A stretch of DNA of 63,051 bases, the filler included, from Phoronis australis (Eukaryota; Animalia; Phoronida), in the NCBI GenBank assembly GCA_002633005.1. It is 11 parts of 11 records of this genome, joined end to end, with 100 filler letters (N's around TTAATTAATTAA, not from the genome) between each part and the next. Parts side by side here need not be neighbours in the genome. Positions count along the whole stretch, not along the records: positions 23,990 to 26,769 come from NMRA01003427.1; positions 26,870 to 32,271 come from NMRA01000240.1; positions 32,372 to 43,869 come from NMRA01001690.1; 8 more parts are not named here. One strand, written 5' to 3'. Shown piece after piece: positions 24,229 to 36,088 of the stretch. A model generated the notes under the pieces. The model was given only the letters and a program-made list of their open reading frames with translations. It was not told where the DNA came from and searched no databases. Position 1 is the stretch's first letter; each line of letters starts with the position of its first letter. The position numbers and the translations under genes are program-made.

Positions 24229-26460
24229 TAATTCCTTTCTGGAAAAAGCTGAAGGAGGACGGAAGTTGGCATCCGATGATCCAGATCGCCAAGGAAAACA
24301 ACGCTTTCTTGTTCTCGCGTCTCGCTCTTAAACACGAGCTGCACATCCCGGAACCTCACGACTACTTCTGCTCAAAAGAGAACTGTTCCATCAAGGACTC
24401 CCTTAAGCACTCACTGTTGAGGATCAACACATACAAGGCTCTGGCACAGCCTGCTCACCTCCTGGCCAAGGAGGACCCCATCAGAGATGCCTTTGAGCTG
24501 CGACAGCAGATGATGAAAATGAGTAATTTGGACAAAGAATTTAAGGTACAGTACAAAGTTTAAAAGTATTCACACAAAATGACCTGGAAATCTCCCATCA
24601 TGATGGCTTTGCAGACACCGAATTCATTGCAGTCTTCGCTCATGACCCAGAATGAAGTGAAATGAACGTGAAAGTTAGTTTGGTGGCTTAAAGCCAATCT
24701 GCAATTCGAATTTCAATGGCCTTCTAGTTATCACCATTTTGTTAACAGAAATAGCATGATTGGGTAAACAAATATTTTGTTGGATTATTTTTGTCTAATT
24801 TGTACTGTAGTTTTGCATTATTGAGGGCAAGACCAGTTGTTCTATGTCACATAGTTTTGTTACTGAATCATCAAATTATTTCCACTTTGTTCATTTGCTT
24901 AAAATGAAGTTGGTAGTGAGTTTTGCGACTGGTCAATTTGAGATGAATTCTCGGTGATCAAATCAGTGGCACAAACCTTCATTAATATGACACTACCTTA
25001 TTGTGATACTGAAAAATTTTTGCTTGTGCGTCAAGCCGAGTCGGCACTAGCTGCTGCAATCGTACCCTCATGGCCAGTTAGACATCTTGTGGGAGAGCTC
25101 TCCCTTAGAAGAGATTGGTAGACTCTGGTTTGCTGCCTATATTTCGTCATCTCAGTTATTGTGTTGTTTGGTATTTTGCACCGCTTCATATTTTGTCCCT
25201 TAATTTTATCATCTCTCTTGAACCAAACGTCAAACATCCCACAACTAGTTGTTGGCAGAAGTGGCATTGTCTTGGGTGTGGTCTTTGGATAAGACATGTG
25301 GCATTGTCTTGAGTGTGGTCTTCAGATAAGACATGTGGCATTGTCTTAAGTGTGGTCTTTGGATAAGACATGTGGCATTGTCTTAAGTGTGGTCTTTGGA
25401 TAAGACATGTGGCATTGTCTTGAGTGTGGTCTTCAGATAAGACATGTGGCATTGTCTTNATAAGACATGTGGCATTGTCTTAAGTGTGGTCTTTGGATAA
25501 GACATGTGGCATTGTCTTGGGGTATCCATTCTGGTCACTTTTTTTGAACACCTTACTGCTTATGTTCCTGATGATGTACTTTTTTCCAGAACGAGTACGT
25601 TTTACTGTCGGATAATGTCGAGCAGTTCTGCTGTGATATGGCCAAGCTGTGTGGACGCAAGAAGGAGCTAGACATATTCCTGGATAGATCACACATTGAT
25701 TTGGACAAGGAGAAATCGAAGCTTGGAACTGTGGAGATGGGTTACAAATACGGAGCTAAGCAGGTTAGGCAGTGCATCCCGCAAACCTCATTTTTGAGCT
25801 CATGTGATATGTTTGGATGTAGGAATGACTTCTGTTATAGGTACTATAGCACGGTCAGTTCTTCAAGAATGACCCGAAACTAGCACAAAATGGTGTTCAC
25901 AGGCCATTTTCACTTTAAAAGTTAAATCTTAACTTTGTGTGATAAATTTGTTCTTTGTAAAGTGGCCAATGATTTAAATTTATTTTATTTACAAGTTGTT
26001 CTGTTGAAGAGACTATGTTCACCATTATTTTTCTGCTGTTTGATTTTGTGTTGGTCAGAAGTAATACTGATGAGGTCAGTTTTCCATGATTGTTCTAAAA
26101 TTTTCTGACATGGAGCGCTGAAGCAGCATTTGTGTAGGGTTGCATCAACTCAAACTAATTCTCACTACATGTCGCATCTTCTTGATCCACCAAAAGTACA
26201 CTCAGGCTTGGCTTAAATACTCGACTTGTTTTCATTTAGCAGATCTTCGAATCAATTTCTCATTTCAGTTTGTAGCTAATGAATTTGTGCAGAGCCATCT
26301 GCATGAGGAGTTCTATGGCGAGTCTCCAGAGCAACAGAAGTTTTTCTTGAAACACAACAACTTCACAAAGCTCTGCATGTGTATAGTGTTGTCGCCGGTG
26401 GCTTTAGTTATGATTCTTGGCTACATCCTGTTCGGAGGCATAAAGATTCTAAAGGAAAAG
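24229..26460 (+). CDS. TRPC-family (short transient receptor potential) channel, partial; exons 24229-24545, 25590-25763, 26269-26460
   Basis: GT-AG introns with phase 0 junctions. TRP_2 region IPEPHDYFC...DSLKHSLLRINTYKALAQP...EDPIRDAFEL...DKEFK|NEYVLLSDNVEQFCCDMAKLC...KYGAKQ|FVANEFVQSHLHEEFY, followed by the pre-S1 hydrophobic segment. Confidence 0.88.
25260..25518. repeat. 37-bp minisatellite (GACATGTGGCATTGTCTTRAGTGTGGTCTTYRGATAA), about 7 units, in the TRPC intron
   Basis: Direct tandem copies with period 37; contains one n. Confidence 0.93.
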
Positions 26461-26869
26461 GTAAAAATGTGATTTGCAGGACAAGTGTTAATACGATACT
26501 TTTAACTCTTGTTGGTATACAGAATCATCGCTGTCCGACTTTTTATTTTGTTCATTGTTTAAGTGCAAACTCTCATGTTGCTCTGTTAGCAGGGCTTGGA
26601 ATTTTCCGCGGAAACACGGATTTCCGCTTTTTTCAAATGTTCTTTCCGCGTATTTTATTATATTTCCGCGTAAAAAATAATCGGATTTGATATAAATTTC
26701 CGCGGCAAATGTCTTTCTTACCGCCGCGTTGCCGACGACTTTCACCTCGAAAAGCGGAAGTTGCTCTTTNNNNNNNNNNNNNNNNNNNNNNNNNNNNNNN
26801 NNNNNNNNNNNNNTTAATTAATTAANNNNNNNNNNNNNNNNNNNNNNNNNNNNNNNNNNNNNNNNNNNN

Positions 26870-27415
26870 GCCACCTAGTGGCCATTTATGTTTTTTCCAA
26901 TCGGTTTTTTGGCATCTGCTCCTCTATCAACTAAACCATTCTATGGATTATTGTGAAAATTGATATATCTGTTCTCAGTTTGAAGAGTATGGCTGACGAT
27001 GACGACTAACTACTGTGGCGCCTCCTAGCTTTTTTGCGCCTATAGCTGTATGTCCTAAGCCTACTGCAGGATCTTAATTAAATTTAGCAAGTGTATTCAT
27101 ATCATGTTGAGAACAGATATTGACAACTTTCAGATGCATTGCCCCCTAGTGGCCATTTCATTTTTTCCGGTCTTCCTGTGTTTCTCTATAGTTTCTTGAC
27201 AGATTTTTATGGAAATTGGTAAATACTTTCTATTAAAAAAACGATGTTTCTGTTTTCGGATGGAGTTGACATGTTTTGCGCCATCTGGTGGCCATTTTTA
27301 TGATACAGAGATGTCACAAGAAGCATGCTGTTTGTGATGCCCAATTGCTTCAAAATTTTTCGCTCTCCGGCCTCCTTTCAGCGAGGCCACCTATATTAAT
27401 ATAGGTGACCTCGCT
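26870..27415. repeat. Dispersed repeat with iterated GCCMCCTAGTGG motifs and an adjacent 36-nt palindrome (27380-27415); Helentron/HINE-like; relatives at about 45660-46420 and 52620-53210
   Basis: Recurring CCACTAG(G/A)(G/T)GGC and CCAAATTTCA motifs. The 52.6-53.2 kb copy ends in (ACGG)n plus hairpin CACATAT-AA-ATATGTG. The superfamily is inferred. Confidence 0.55.
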
Positions 27416-27635
27416 TTTGAGGTCCGAAATTCAATTTTTTGCCTATGTCATTTTAATAAGAATAAGTCATTTTATATAATAAGCTGTTATATGTAACCGA
27501 ATTCAAGCATTTAGATGTATGACCATGGCGTGATGTGTTTAATGTAGAAAGCGAAGTTAAGTGATAATATCCGACAGTAAGCATATTTTATTTATCTGTG
27601 TAAGTGATCACTCTTTGACTTTATCTTCTTTACAG

Positions 27636-27761
27636 CCTACTCTGAAATAAAGTGTGGCAACGGAAAGGGCATGAACTGTGATCACATAAGAAATTCATAT
27701 TGTCGGTACGGAGAATGTACATGTGGTGGACGCAGCATCTTATATAAAGGCATATGCAAAC
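27636..27761 (+). CDS. Single phase 1-1 exon encoding a 6-Cys EB/EGF-like extracellular module
   Basis: ttacAG...C|GTAAG, 126 nt; YSEIKCGNGKGMNCDHIRNSYCRYGECTCGGRSILYKGICK. Confidence 0.7.
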
Positions 27762-29499
27762 GTAAGAATTCTGTCAAAAGTGACTTCAAAAGAGAGTTAT
27801 TTTTGCGCATGCCATGCTTGCCTGAAGCTCAGAGCAATTCAGGTTACTTGAACAACAATGGTGTAGCAAGAGGAAGCGCCTCTGGGAACCAATTGACGGG
27901 GGGACCGATTGGTCGTTAAAGTCCCAAACATATGAAGTATAAGTGAGTGTAGCCTCTTAGTTGGTGGAAGGGAAAAGAAACTGAGAACGCACCCCTGGTC
28001 GCTCACACCCGATGTACGTCTAATAGCAGACATAGTACTCGTTTTCTCCCGTTGAGGGAACCCATACAAAGAGACCATGCTTTTCTAGTCATTTTTAGGG
28101 GAAGGCGGTGGCGCCCTCTGCCACACAACTTCACGTAGAACAGAAGCTCGACTTCTGGAAATTTCGGAAAGATTGCTCTCGTGATAGAGGTTCTTTATGA
28201 TTTTCCCAAAAAGCGCCTTAATTTGTACAAATTACACGTTTTTAAATTGGTCAGCTCTTCAGCAGAAACGGCCACCAAACTTTTAAAAATAAAAGGTGGA
28301 TAAGATATTACGAGAAGATTTCGTGTGCCGGTCGAAGTATTATAGACAATTAATACACTTACTGCTTCTCATCATTTATGTACCCAGATGTCATTGGTAC
28401 CAGTAAGGCCAATTTTAGGCGAATTGTTCACTTTATGCCACTTGTATAATTTCTTTAGCTCTTTTTGAAAAGCAAAAGAGACACTTGATCTGGCACATAT
28501 TTTGGCCGTTATCTTGGATTTAAATATGGCGGCAGTGAAAATTTTATTCTCTCCCTTGCGGTGAATAAAATTGCTAAAATAAATATAAAATCAACATTGT
28601 TACTCGTCATATGAGTTTCGTGACAACGTAAGTACCTTAGTAGTACAAACAAGGGAATATGTGATAAAGCTGGAGTGTTTAAGTAATAAATGCCGTGGTG
28701 TTTGTTATTTATTTATTCATTAATTTATTTACTCATTTGTTGACTACAATGGCCAAGGACTAAATTTGTGAATGCTGGAATCTTGCGCAACAACAATCAA
28801 GATAGAACAAAATGGGAATGGAGCGTTATTTGCCAAAAAGCCATTCACCTTTTGGACCCCCCCAGAACTAAAAAGAGGGCGGGCTACAGCACGTTGGCAA
28901 GTAACATTTTAGAATTCGCACCATAATTGACTGTCATCAGAAGTTGATATTCATTTCCTAGATCACGACTGTGGCGTGGGAGTAATACTTAAACAAAACA
29001 AAACTGTGTAGCATAAAAATTATGTCGCTAATTTTAACAGACGGAAACTAGAGAGATGAAAATACAAAAATACTATGGAAAACATACAAAAGGGTCACTA
29101 CAAGGTTCAGATGATTGCGTTTTTTCTGTGCTTCAAGTGGCGTGAGTGAAACCGTGCACAAAGGATAGACGGGTTCAATTGACATGCGAATACGTAATTA
29201 TGCTATGGCAGCGTGCTTTAGCTTTAAAACATCACTGAAGTTGTCTGTCTGCTCAGCACAATGAAATTAAAAAGCAAAGTTATCGACAATCTGAAGAACA
29301 AGTAACATGCGCACACCCAGGCTAAAAATGGTCGAATTTTTAAGTTGTTGACCTTATACTAAGATTGACGTGTTACCTTCAGAGCTATAAACTGTGCATT
29401 CGTCGGATTTTGATAGTGTCCGTCTTTCTGGTGGACATTTGTCTGCCTTTCTACTTTCTTAAAGTTTTTTTGTTTCTCTGAAGCTAACATTTTTTCCCA

Positions 29500-31380
29500 C
29501 TTCGCCAAATGAGAGGGCTCCTTCGAGCCCCCGAGCCCCTCTGGGTGCGCCGATGCTATTGTACGTTTGACAGTCTCGTTTTGGGTGAGCTTATTTCGTT
29601 CATCCAAAATTCCAAGTGTACTGGCACGTTGCCTGTGTTTTGCCAGCCAGATCTCAAAAATGTATCTAGCTCAGCTGGAAGAAGAAATTTCTCTGGAACT
29701 GTGATCGTTACTAGGCAAAAAGATAGATCACTGAATGATTTCCTCAATTTAAGAACTCAGTTAAACACGGGAAGGAACACTTTAATGAGTTTTGATAAAG
29801 ATATAGGTGTAGCCAGCGAAATAACATCTAGTGCGAATCACGATGATGATGCGTTTCACTTAATGCATGAAGCTTAGATAGTGAGAAGAGATATCGGCAA
29901 TATGCTGCACTCGTTTAATGGATGCGTCACACTGGAATTTGAAACAGATGCTGTTCCCTAGACTTGCCTTGTTTAAGATGTTTCTTCGATGATCAAAATT
30001 CAAACCATACATGTATTTACATGCCGAAGTCCTGGTTGCAAAGTGCGCAGTTGCAGTCTCAGCTACTGGTTTTTAAGTTGTAAAAGTCCTCTCTTGAGCC
30101 ATCGCAAGACTCTTCCAGCCGTACTAAATCCCGTCAAGCTCCACTGGTGTCATTCATGCTAAAGCAAGACAAAAATATTTAATAAACAATCTTTCAAACC
30201 ATGTCTCTGTGTTTCATACACAAGAACTCTACACATGACTGGTGGCTTTTGTAAGCAGTTTAATAGAGATAGGTGTGTATGCCCAGCGTCAATGAAGTCT
30301 GATCTATTTACTGTTACTAGGTGCGGTAGACAGCATTGACCATGACCCGTTTTCAAAAAATGTCACAGAATCGTTTCTTCGCAATGCTATTTCACTAATA
30401 CAGTTCCCGAGCTACATGTATGAAAATACTGAGATGGACGGTGTAGATATGCCTACAGGAGACATAAGTTTTCCCGTATGCCAGAGTGCAGTCCAAGTTG
30501 AAACAACCAACGCCCTCCAATACAGATTCACTGTAGAAGCTTGGTTACAAACTGTAGTCATCAACAAACGTCAGCTTGATCCAAAAGAGTACATTTCGTG
30601 GACATTCAATTATCGACTCCACGAAAAATCTCATTGAAGTCTCCTCTATATTTCTTTACGGAGACATCACATTCGGCAGCACTGATTCCACACTCAGTGA
30701 AGATTGTAGCAACTGCGTTAATTAATCGTGGCCAAAATACCAGTCATCACGATGGACAACACGTATTTACATTGGCGAAACAAATTCAGTGGTTGTTCCC
30801 AGGTACCTTTGCAGAAGTCGAATTTGTTATAATGCTGGTAGGCTTGCGTATTGAAACGAATAACTGGAAACTGATAGGTGATTTTATGAGCGGAAGTGGT
30901 TGGGCTAGAATTCTTCCAGATGGTGAGGATATTAAGGACTGGCTGAGCCGAGGCAATTCGGAATGGTTTAAATGATAGTAGATCAAGATACGCACACCAG
31001 GTGACATCTGCTGTGTTACATCTCCTACAATACAATAGATGTAAGGAGTATTTGACCTCTGTTCCTGAATAGTCCGCTATGTAATTCAAAACATGGAGTT
31101 TGCGTTGTTTAGACGCAACACAGATACCTAGTTGGAATGTATTTGTGCGGTCCATGCGGTGCCTTCAAGATGTTTCTACTTGACCACGCCAACTCTGCAC
31201 GATGGTTGCCAGTGCACATTAAAGACATGGCACGGCTTCCCCCAGAAGGTCCCATCCGTCTACGAAGAGTGTACGAAGTGTAATTTTGTGGTACAGAAAA
31301 ACAATTGCAAAATTTTCTGTATTGAAATGGACCAAGGTCATGAGTTACTGAACTGAAACATAAAAGGAAAGCCAGGTTGT
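29500..31380 (+). pseudogene. Decayed large DNA-transposon ORF (widespread invertebrate family; superfamily uncertain)
   Basis: Fragments broken by stops and frameshifts: DDDAFHL..A*IVRRDI; INRGQ..PVITMD..FTLAKQIQWLFP...FVIMLVGLRIE...IGDFMSGSGW; SRYAHQVTSAVL; RWLPVHIKDM; CIEMDQGHE. Confidence 0.7.
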
Positions 31381-31719
31381 CAGAATATAGACTGACACTG
31401 GTTTTAGTTGTATTGTATTGTTTTGTTGTTCTGTTTGATTGGCATGACCCCGGAGTACATTGATGATGTAATTTGTTTACTACAGTATAGCATGGAATTT
31501 TCTAGAAGACTCTAGCACCACAGTGATTAATGCAGTCTGAAATATTCTAAAGACTAGTATTTGTTTGTAGAATGATTGGTTAGATTCGGGAAAGTCCTGG
31601 CATGTGCTTGAATTAGGTAAAAGTTCTAGAACATTGCATTAGTCTATAAATTCAGTAGAAAATATATCTGAAACTAAATAAGGCGATGCAGATCCTCCCA
31701 AGGATACTATTGTTTCATG

Positions 31720-32271
31720 AAATGAAGAATATAAATCGGAAAATAAAACAACAAGAATGGATGAACTGAAATTTGAAATTTTCGGATGTAACAACTTCCT
31801 TTATCAACAAACACAGAAATAAAGTAAAATCAAACACAAAATGACAATTGACATATAAGATATGGTGTAATGACAATGATACATTTTGCGTAAAAAATTC
31901 AATGACATATTTTAAGAAGTTTTTATGTTCAATCCATGAGGTTCTATTGTATTAAGTTTGTCTATCCAATATTGTTCTCTTTTAAGTCTGTGAGGGGTAC
32001 TGGGGTGTTGGAGTTTTACTATTAATTGTACAGAAAGATCTTGAATATTATGATTTTTGGAATTGAAATGATTACCTATAGTATCAGAAATGTTTTTATG
32101 TATTGTGTTAAATCTATGATTACGAAACCGAGTTTGTAGATTATGTTGAGTTTGTCCTACGTATTGGATAGAACATTTTTTACAAGTTATAAGGTAAATA
32201 ATATTGTTGGTGGTGCAATCAGAATAATGTTTTATTTCAAAGTTTTCATTGGTTTGGGAAGACTGGAAAAA
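31720..32271 (-). mobile_element. Penelope-like retroelement 3' end: GIY-YIG endonuclease coding stretch (32271-31912, open, no ATG in window) plus downstream pLTR region
   Basis: Manual translation: ...DCTTNNIIYLITCKKCSIQYVGQTQHNLQTRFRNH...IGNHFNSKNH...RLKREQYWIDKLNTIEPHGLNIKTS*. This gives IIY/YVG, catalytic R and E, GLN and the CCHH motif. Truncated by a linker. Confidence 0.92.
31771..31812 (-). ncRNA. Minimal hammerhead ribozyme variant (U3-A8) in the Penelope pLTR
   Basis: GUUUG-UUGAUAA-A-GGAAGU(UGUU)ACAUCC-GAAAA-UUU-CAAAU, 100 nt downstream of the GIY-YIG stop. Confidence 0.65.
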
Positions 32272-34339
32272 NNNNNNNNNNNNNNNNNNNNNNNNNNNNN
32301 NNNNNNNNNNNNNNNTTAATTAATTAANNNNNNNNNNNNNNNNNNNNNNNNNNNNNNNNNNNNNNNNNNNNAAACAAGTGCATCAAACTTTCTGGGACCT
32401 GATTACAAAATGTACAAGCAGAAGACTCTGAGACGCCTGTTTCATAAAGACATGAATTTGTACATAATATTCTGTGAACTAGTCGCTACTGGAACCATCT
32501 CAACTTAACATCTAGAAAATATTTAAAAAAATTAAGTACACTGTTTTCCAACACATAGTTAATTCATTACTCATCTCAGAAATCCATTATTCTGCGAGCT
32601 CGGGTTTATCCTCATGTTACGAATAAATATATCATTCATTGATCTACACCATTTTTATCTTTTGTTATGTGGTTAACATGTTGGGAACTACAAAAGTGTA
32701 ATTCGGCTACAGATTCACGTTTCTTCTCGGCTACTTGTAGCGTTGTTGCATTTCAGGGCAGCAACTCCTGGAGAATCTGCTGTCGTTTCTGCTAACCCTC
32801 GAACAATATAGAATCGTAAATACAAAATGAATGAATGGCAATAATTTTGAATCTAGTATTGGCACGTGACGAGTATAGGTAAGAGAGGTATGTCAATTTT
32901 CCGATTTTTTTCACCTTTTTCTGAGCCTTACTTCCTCTTCGATGGAAGTGAAAGGCAAAAAAAGATTTATGTGGTCACGTGTATCATAGCTATTGAGGAA
33001 AAATGACGTCATTATATTCATACAATATTTGACAAGGTGGAAAAAAGTTTTCACATCTATTGGCGTGTGCACTGCCAGGCAAAATCAAATTGGAAAACAT
33101 GTAAGGGGCCAGGGGCGCAGAAATTCAGAGATGGGTATTCCAAGAAATTTGTTAGCATTCAGTGCCGTGATATCAATGTTATGTTTGCCTTTGTCGCCTA
33201 TGTGAGCTAATCTTTGCCTGGACTTTTGGAAAAAACATTTGCATTCGTATGCTAATTTGCTGCGAGTTTACATGAAGGGCTGTGTAAATTTCCACATATA
33301 CAATTGTAGATTTGTACTACTCATTATTGCATCGGTAGTAATTTTTGATTTATGCAAGTTTGTTCCCATGGACCTAAAAAGTCGCGGGCTCAAATTCGCA
33401 ACCGTTTACAAACAGTTGCATGTAGGCAAAGTGAGTCAAAGCCATGTTTTTTGCGAGCGTTCGTTTGGATTTTTGTGAGAGGGAGGCTGACTTCGTACCT
33501 CTTGCATGTATCTGTGTATCAGCTCCACCTTTTGGAGTAAAAGATGACGCTCCAAACGTTGTATTGAAAGTTTCATATCCCCACGAGGTGTCTCTGTCTT
33601 TTGGGAATAAACTTGAGAACTTGAACTTGAAGCACACTCTTGGAACAATTCGAAAGATAGATAAAAGAGGGTTGTAGACATTATCAGATTCAGAGATTAT
33701 TTAAACTGTGATAATAGTTCACGTTATTACACAACTACATCGCCACGTATTTGGCTGATACGTGAAGCGGTTTTATGCTTTGGAGCTGGGTTCTGTTTCA
33801 TGAAAAGTGATGTAAGATTTCTTGAGAAATTTGGTCATAAGTTGACAATAGTTTATAACGGTGAGTGGTCTAATTCGGAAGTTAAGATTCAAAATATATG
33901 TAGTACATTGTATTATTTGCGAATCATTTACATCAACAGGCAACGCTGGTTTATTGCCCCTTGAATTCTACCCATTGATTCATAAATTTTCTCATAATTC
34001 AACACTCCAACCTCATCGAACAATCACTTCAGCATCTGCCGTTCTGTTAATTTCCAGAGGGCCTATAGGTATTGAACATGGTCGCGAAATACTTGACTTT
34101 CATCCTCAAGATTTTGCGTGGCATTGCGTGGTCTCGCTTTTCTTTTACGTAACTTGGTCTGCGGAGCACTGTCCTGCGTACAACTGTCCAAGAGGAAAAG
34201 ATATATTAGGTATTCGACGAAGACACATTCCAAGATTTTTTTAACACTCAAAGCCAGTCGTGAATATTGTCATGATTCACAACATTCTGCTTCTTTGTAC
34301 TGGTTTGTATACTTTAGTTAAATCGTGGTAATGTAGTGG

Positions 34340-34652
34340 TAACGTACGCGCGCTCTGTCCGCCAGGGCGTGAGTTCGAGTCTTTGATACTTGCTTTATTT
34401 TTCCTGTTTGACACGTTCTCTGTGTTTTTTTTTGCCTTTTTTTCTTGGATAATACTTCAGGAATCAAGGAAAATGCTTGATTTTTAGAGGTAAAAACAGA
34501 AAAATTTCCTGGGCGGGAGGGGGGTTTGCCCCCCTCCCGACCTCCCCCCATTCGGTGCTATGCGCATCTACATTCGTGGTTCAGTTTGCGCAAATGCTTC
34601 CAACCGGACAAAATGTTGGGTCCCCCCTTGTGATATCCTAGATCCGCCACTG
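34340..34652 (-). mobile_element. MITE with CAGTGGCGGATCTAGGAT terminus (hAT-like); related copy at 41561-41845 and relatives near 1518-1656 and 37855-37873
   Basis: CCCCCTTGTGATATCCTAGATCCGCCACTG is the reverse complement of the 41561 terminus CAGTGGCAGATCTAGGATATCGTAAGGGGG. The inner boundary is approximate. Confidence 0.55.
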
Positions 34653-36088
34653 CTGTTAATGCAGTTCCCTCATGTCTTTCAAGTGTTCTCCATGGTCTAT
34701 GCTGCGCTGCCTGATTTTTTCTTGTTTTGCCCTAATTTCCACATTTTTGCCAGACCTGGAAGCAGGACAACTGCCCTCATGAAACCTTGCGAAACACATC
34801 GATGCCTAAAAGCGCATTTTTACTATAAATAATCGTATGCAAACGTTTGCCAACACTGATGTCGCAAAAAGTTGCAGGATGGTTGTATTTTGTTCGTGAA
34901 GGCGGGAGTTATTTCACGCTACGATACAGTAGTTATTCCATTTTCAGTTTCATATTTGCCCTCAGTACCGGATCGAGTACAAGTATTGTGTGAAAGTGCA
35001 TCCATGTGTGTAATGCACACAGCTGTCTTTATCAATATAATATGCAACTAATGCAACCCCATTGTCCTGATGATCTGCAGTCCCACCAAGTCTAAATTCG
35101 TTCGGCTCGTATAAACACCTATTGGTCTATACTCCAGACTACCCACCTCGTCGTGATCCGAGTGATGTCTCTCATGCGGACAATATTCGCTCCTTCATTC
35201 CATCGATAACTTTTGGTCTCAGGCAATATGCAGTTTTTCAGTTGCGGTCCAAAAACTACATACTGACCGAGGGTGAAAGTCAGTCATTGTTTTAAGAAAT
35301 GGTTAACGGCTTGTATTGATGAACCCGGCGAAGACAATTTTAAAGTAAGAAATGAATAAATTTCGTAATATCATATCAAGATAGTAAATCACACAGCAAA
35401 TATTTCAACATTGCCAGACCAAAATATTGAATCAATCAATAGTAAATACAGTAAATACCAGAATAAATGGTTTCTGTGACGCAAGAAATTAACGGCTGAA
35501 ATGAATGAGCCTGAATTGAAACGACGATGAAGTAAACGCCTGCTAGTCGCAACGTAGTCACTATGGTGAAACTGTAGCTTGCGAGCGTAAGGATTACGAC
35601 ATCGAGTTATGATGAGATCTTCTGTACTTTAAAACGTTTTTAAAATTTCGGAGTGGCCATCATCATAACACTGGTCAATGTGAACAATTATTGAATACGG
35701 AACATTGACTGCTGGTGAGTCTAAATTAAAATTTCGTATTATATCCAAATCATGGAATTACCCTCTATCTAGAAATTTAGGTTTTGACCCCAACATAATC
35801 TAGGTACACTGTTGAGATAAATCTTTAACGATATACATTGTCATCTTTGTGTACATAGACGATAGTTTGTCCTACAGAAATAAAGGCGAAAAGACATGCA
35901 ACTTAAATTATGTGTTCGAAATTTGAACGGTTTCTGCGAAGCTCGGTTATACTTGACTTCGCAAATTCTTTGCCCATTTTAGCGTTCAAGATTTTGAAAT
36001 GAAACCTTTCCTTGAATAATCGAATAGAATGGAAACTGTTGATATCACTTATGACACGTGACACGTAATCAGCAAGCACAGATACAAG

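Noticed and set aside
25260-25518. 37-bp repeats as a CRISPR array
   Set aside because: Head-to-tail units without unique spacers; an intronic minisatellite.
32993-34832. Cluster of short overlapping ORFs (and most other 60-130 aa ORFs in the track)
   Set aside because: No recognisable domains or convincing splice structure; consistent with chance ORFs in intergenic or repeat DNA.
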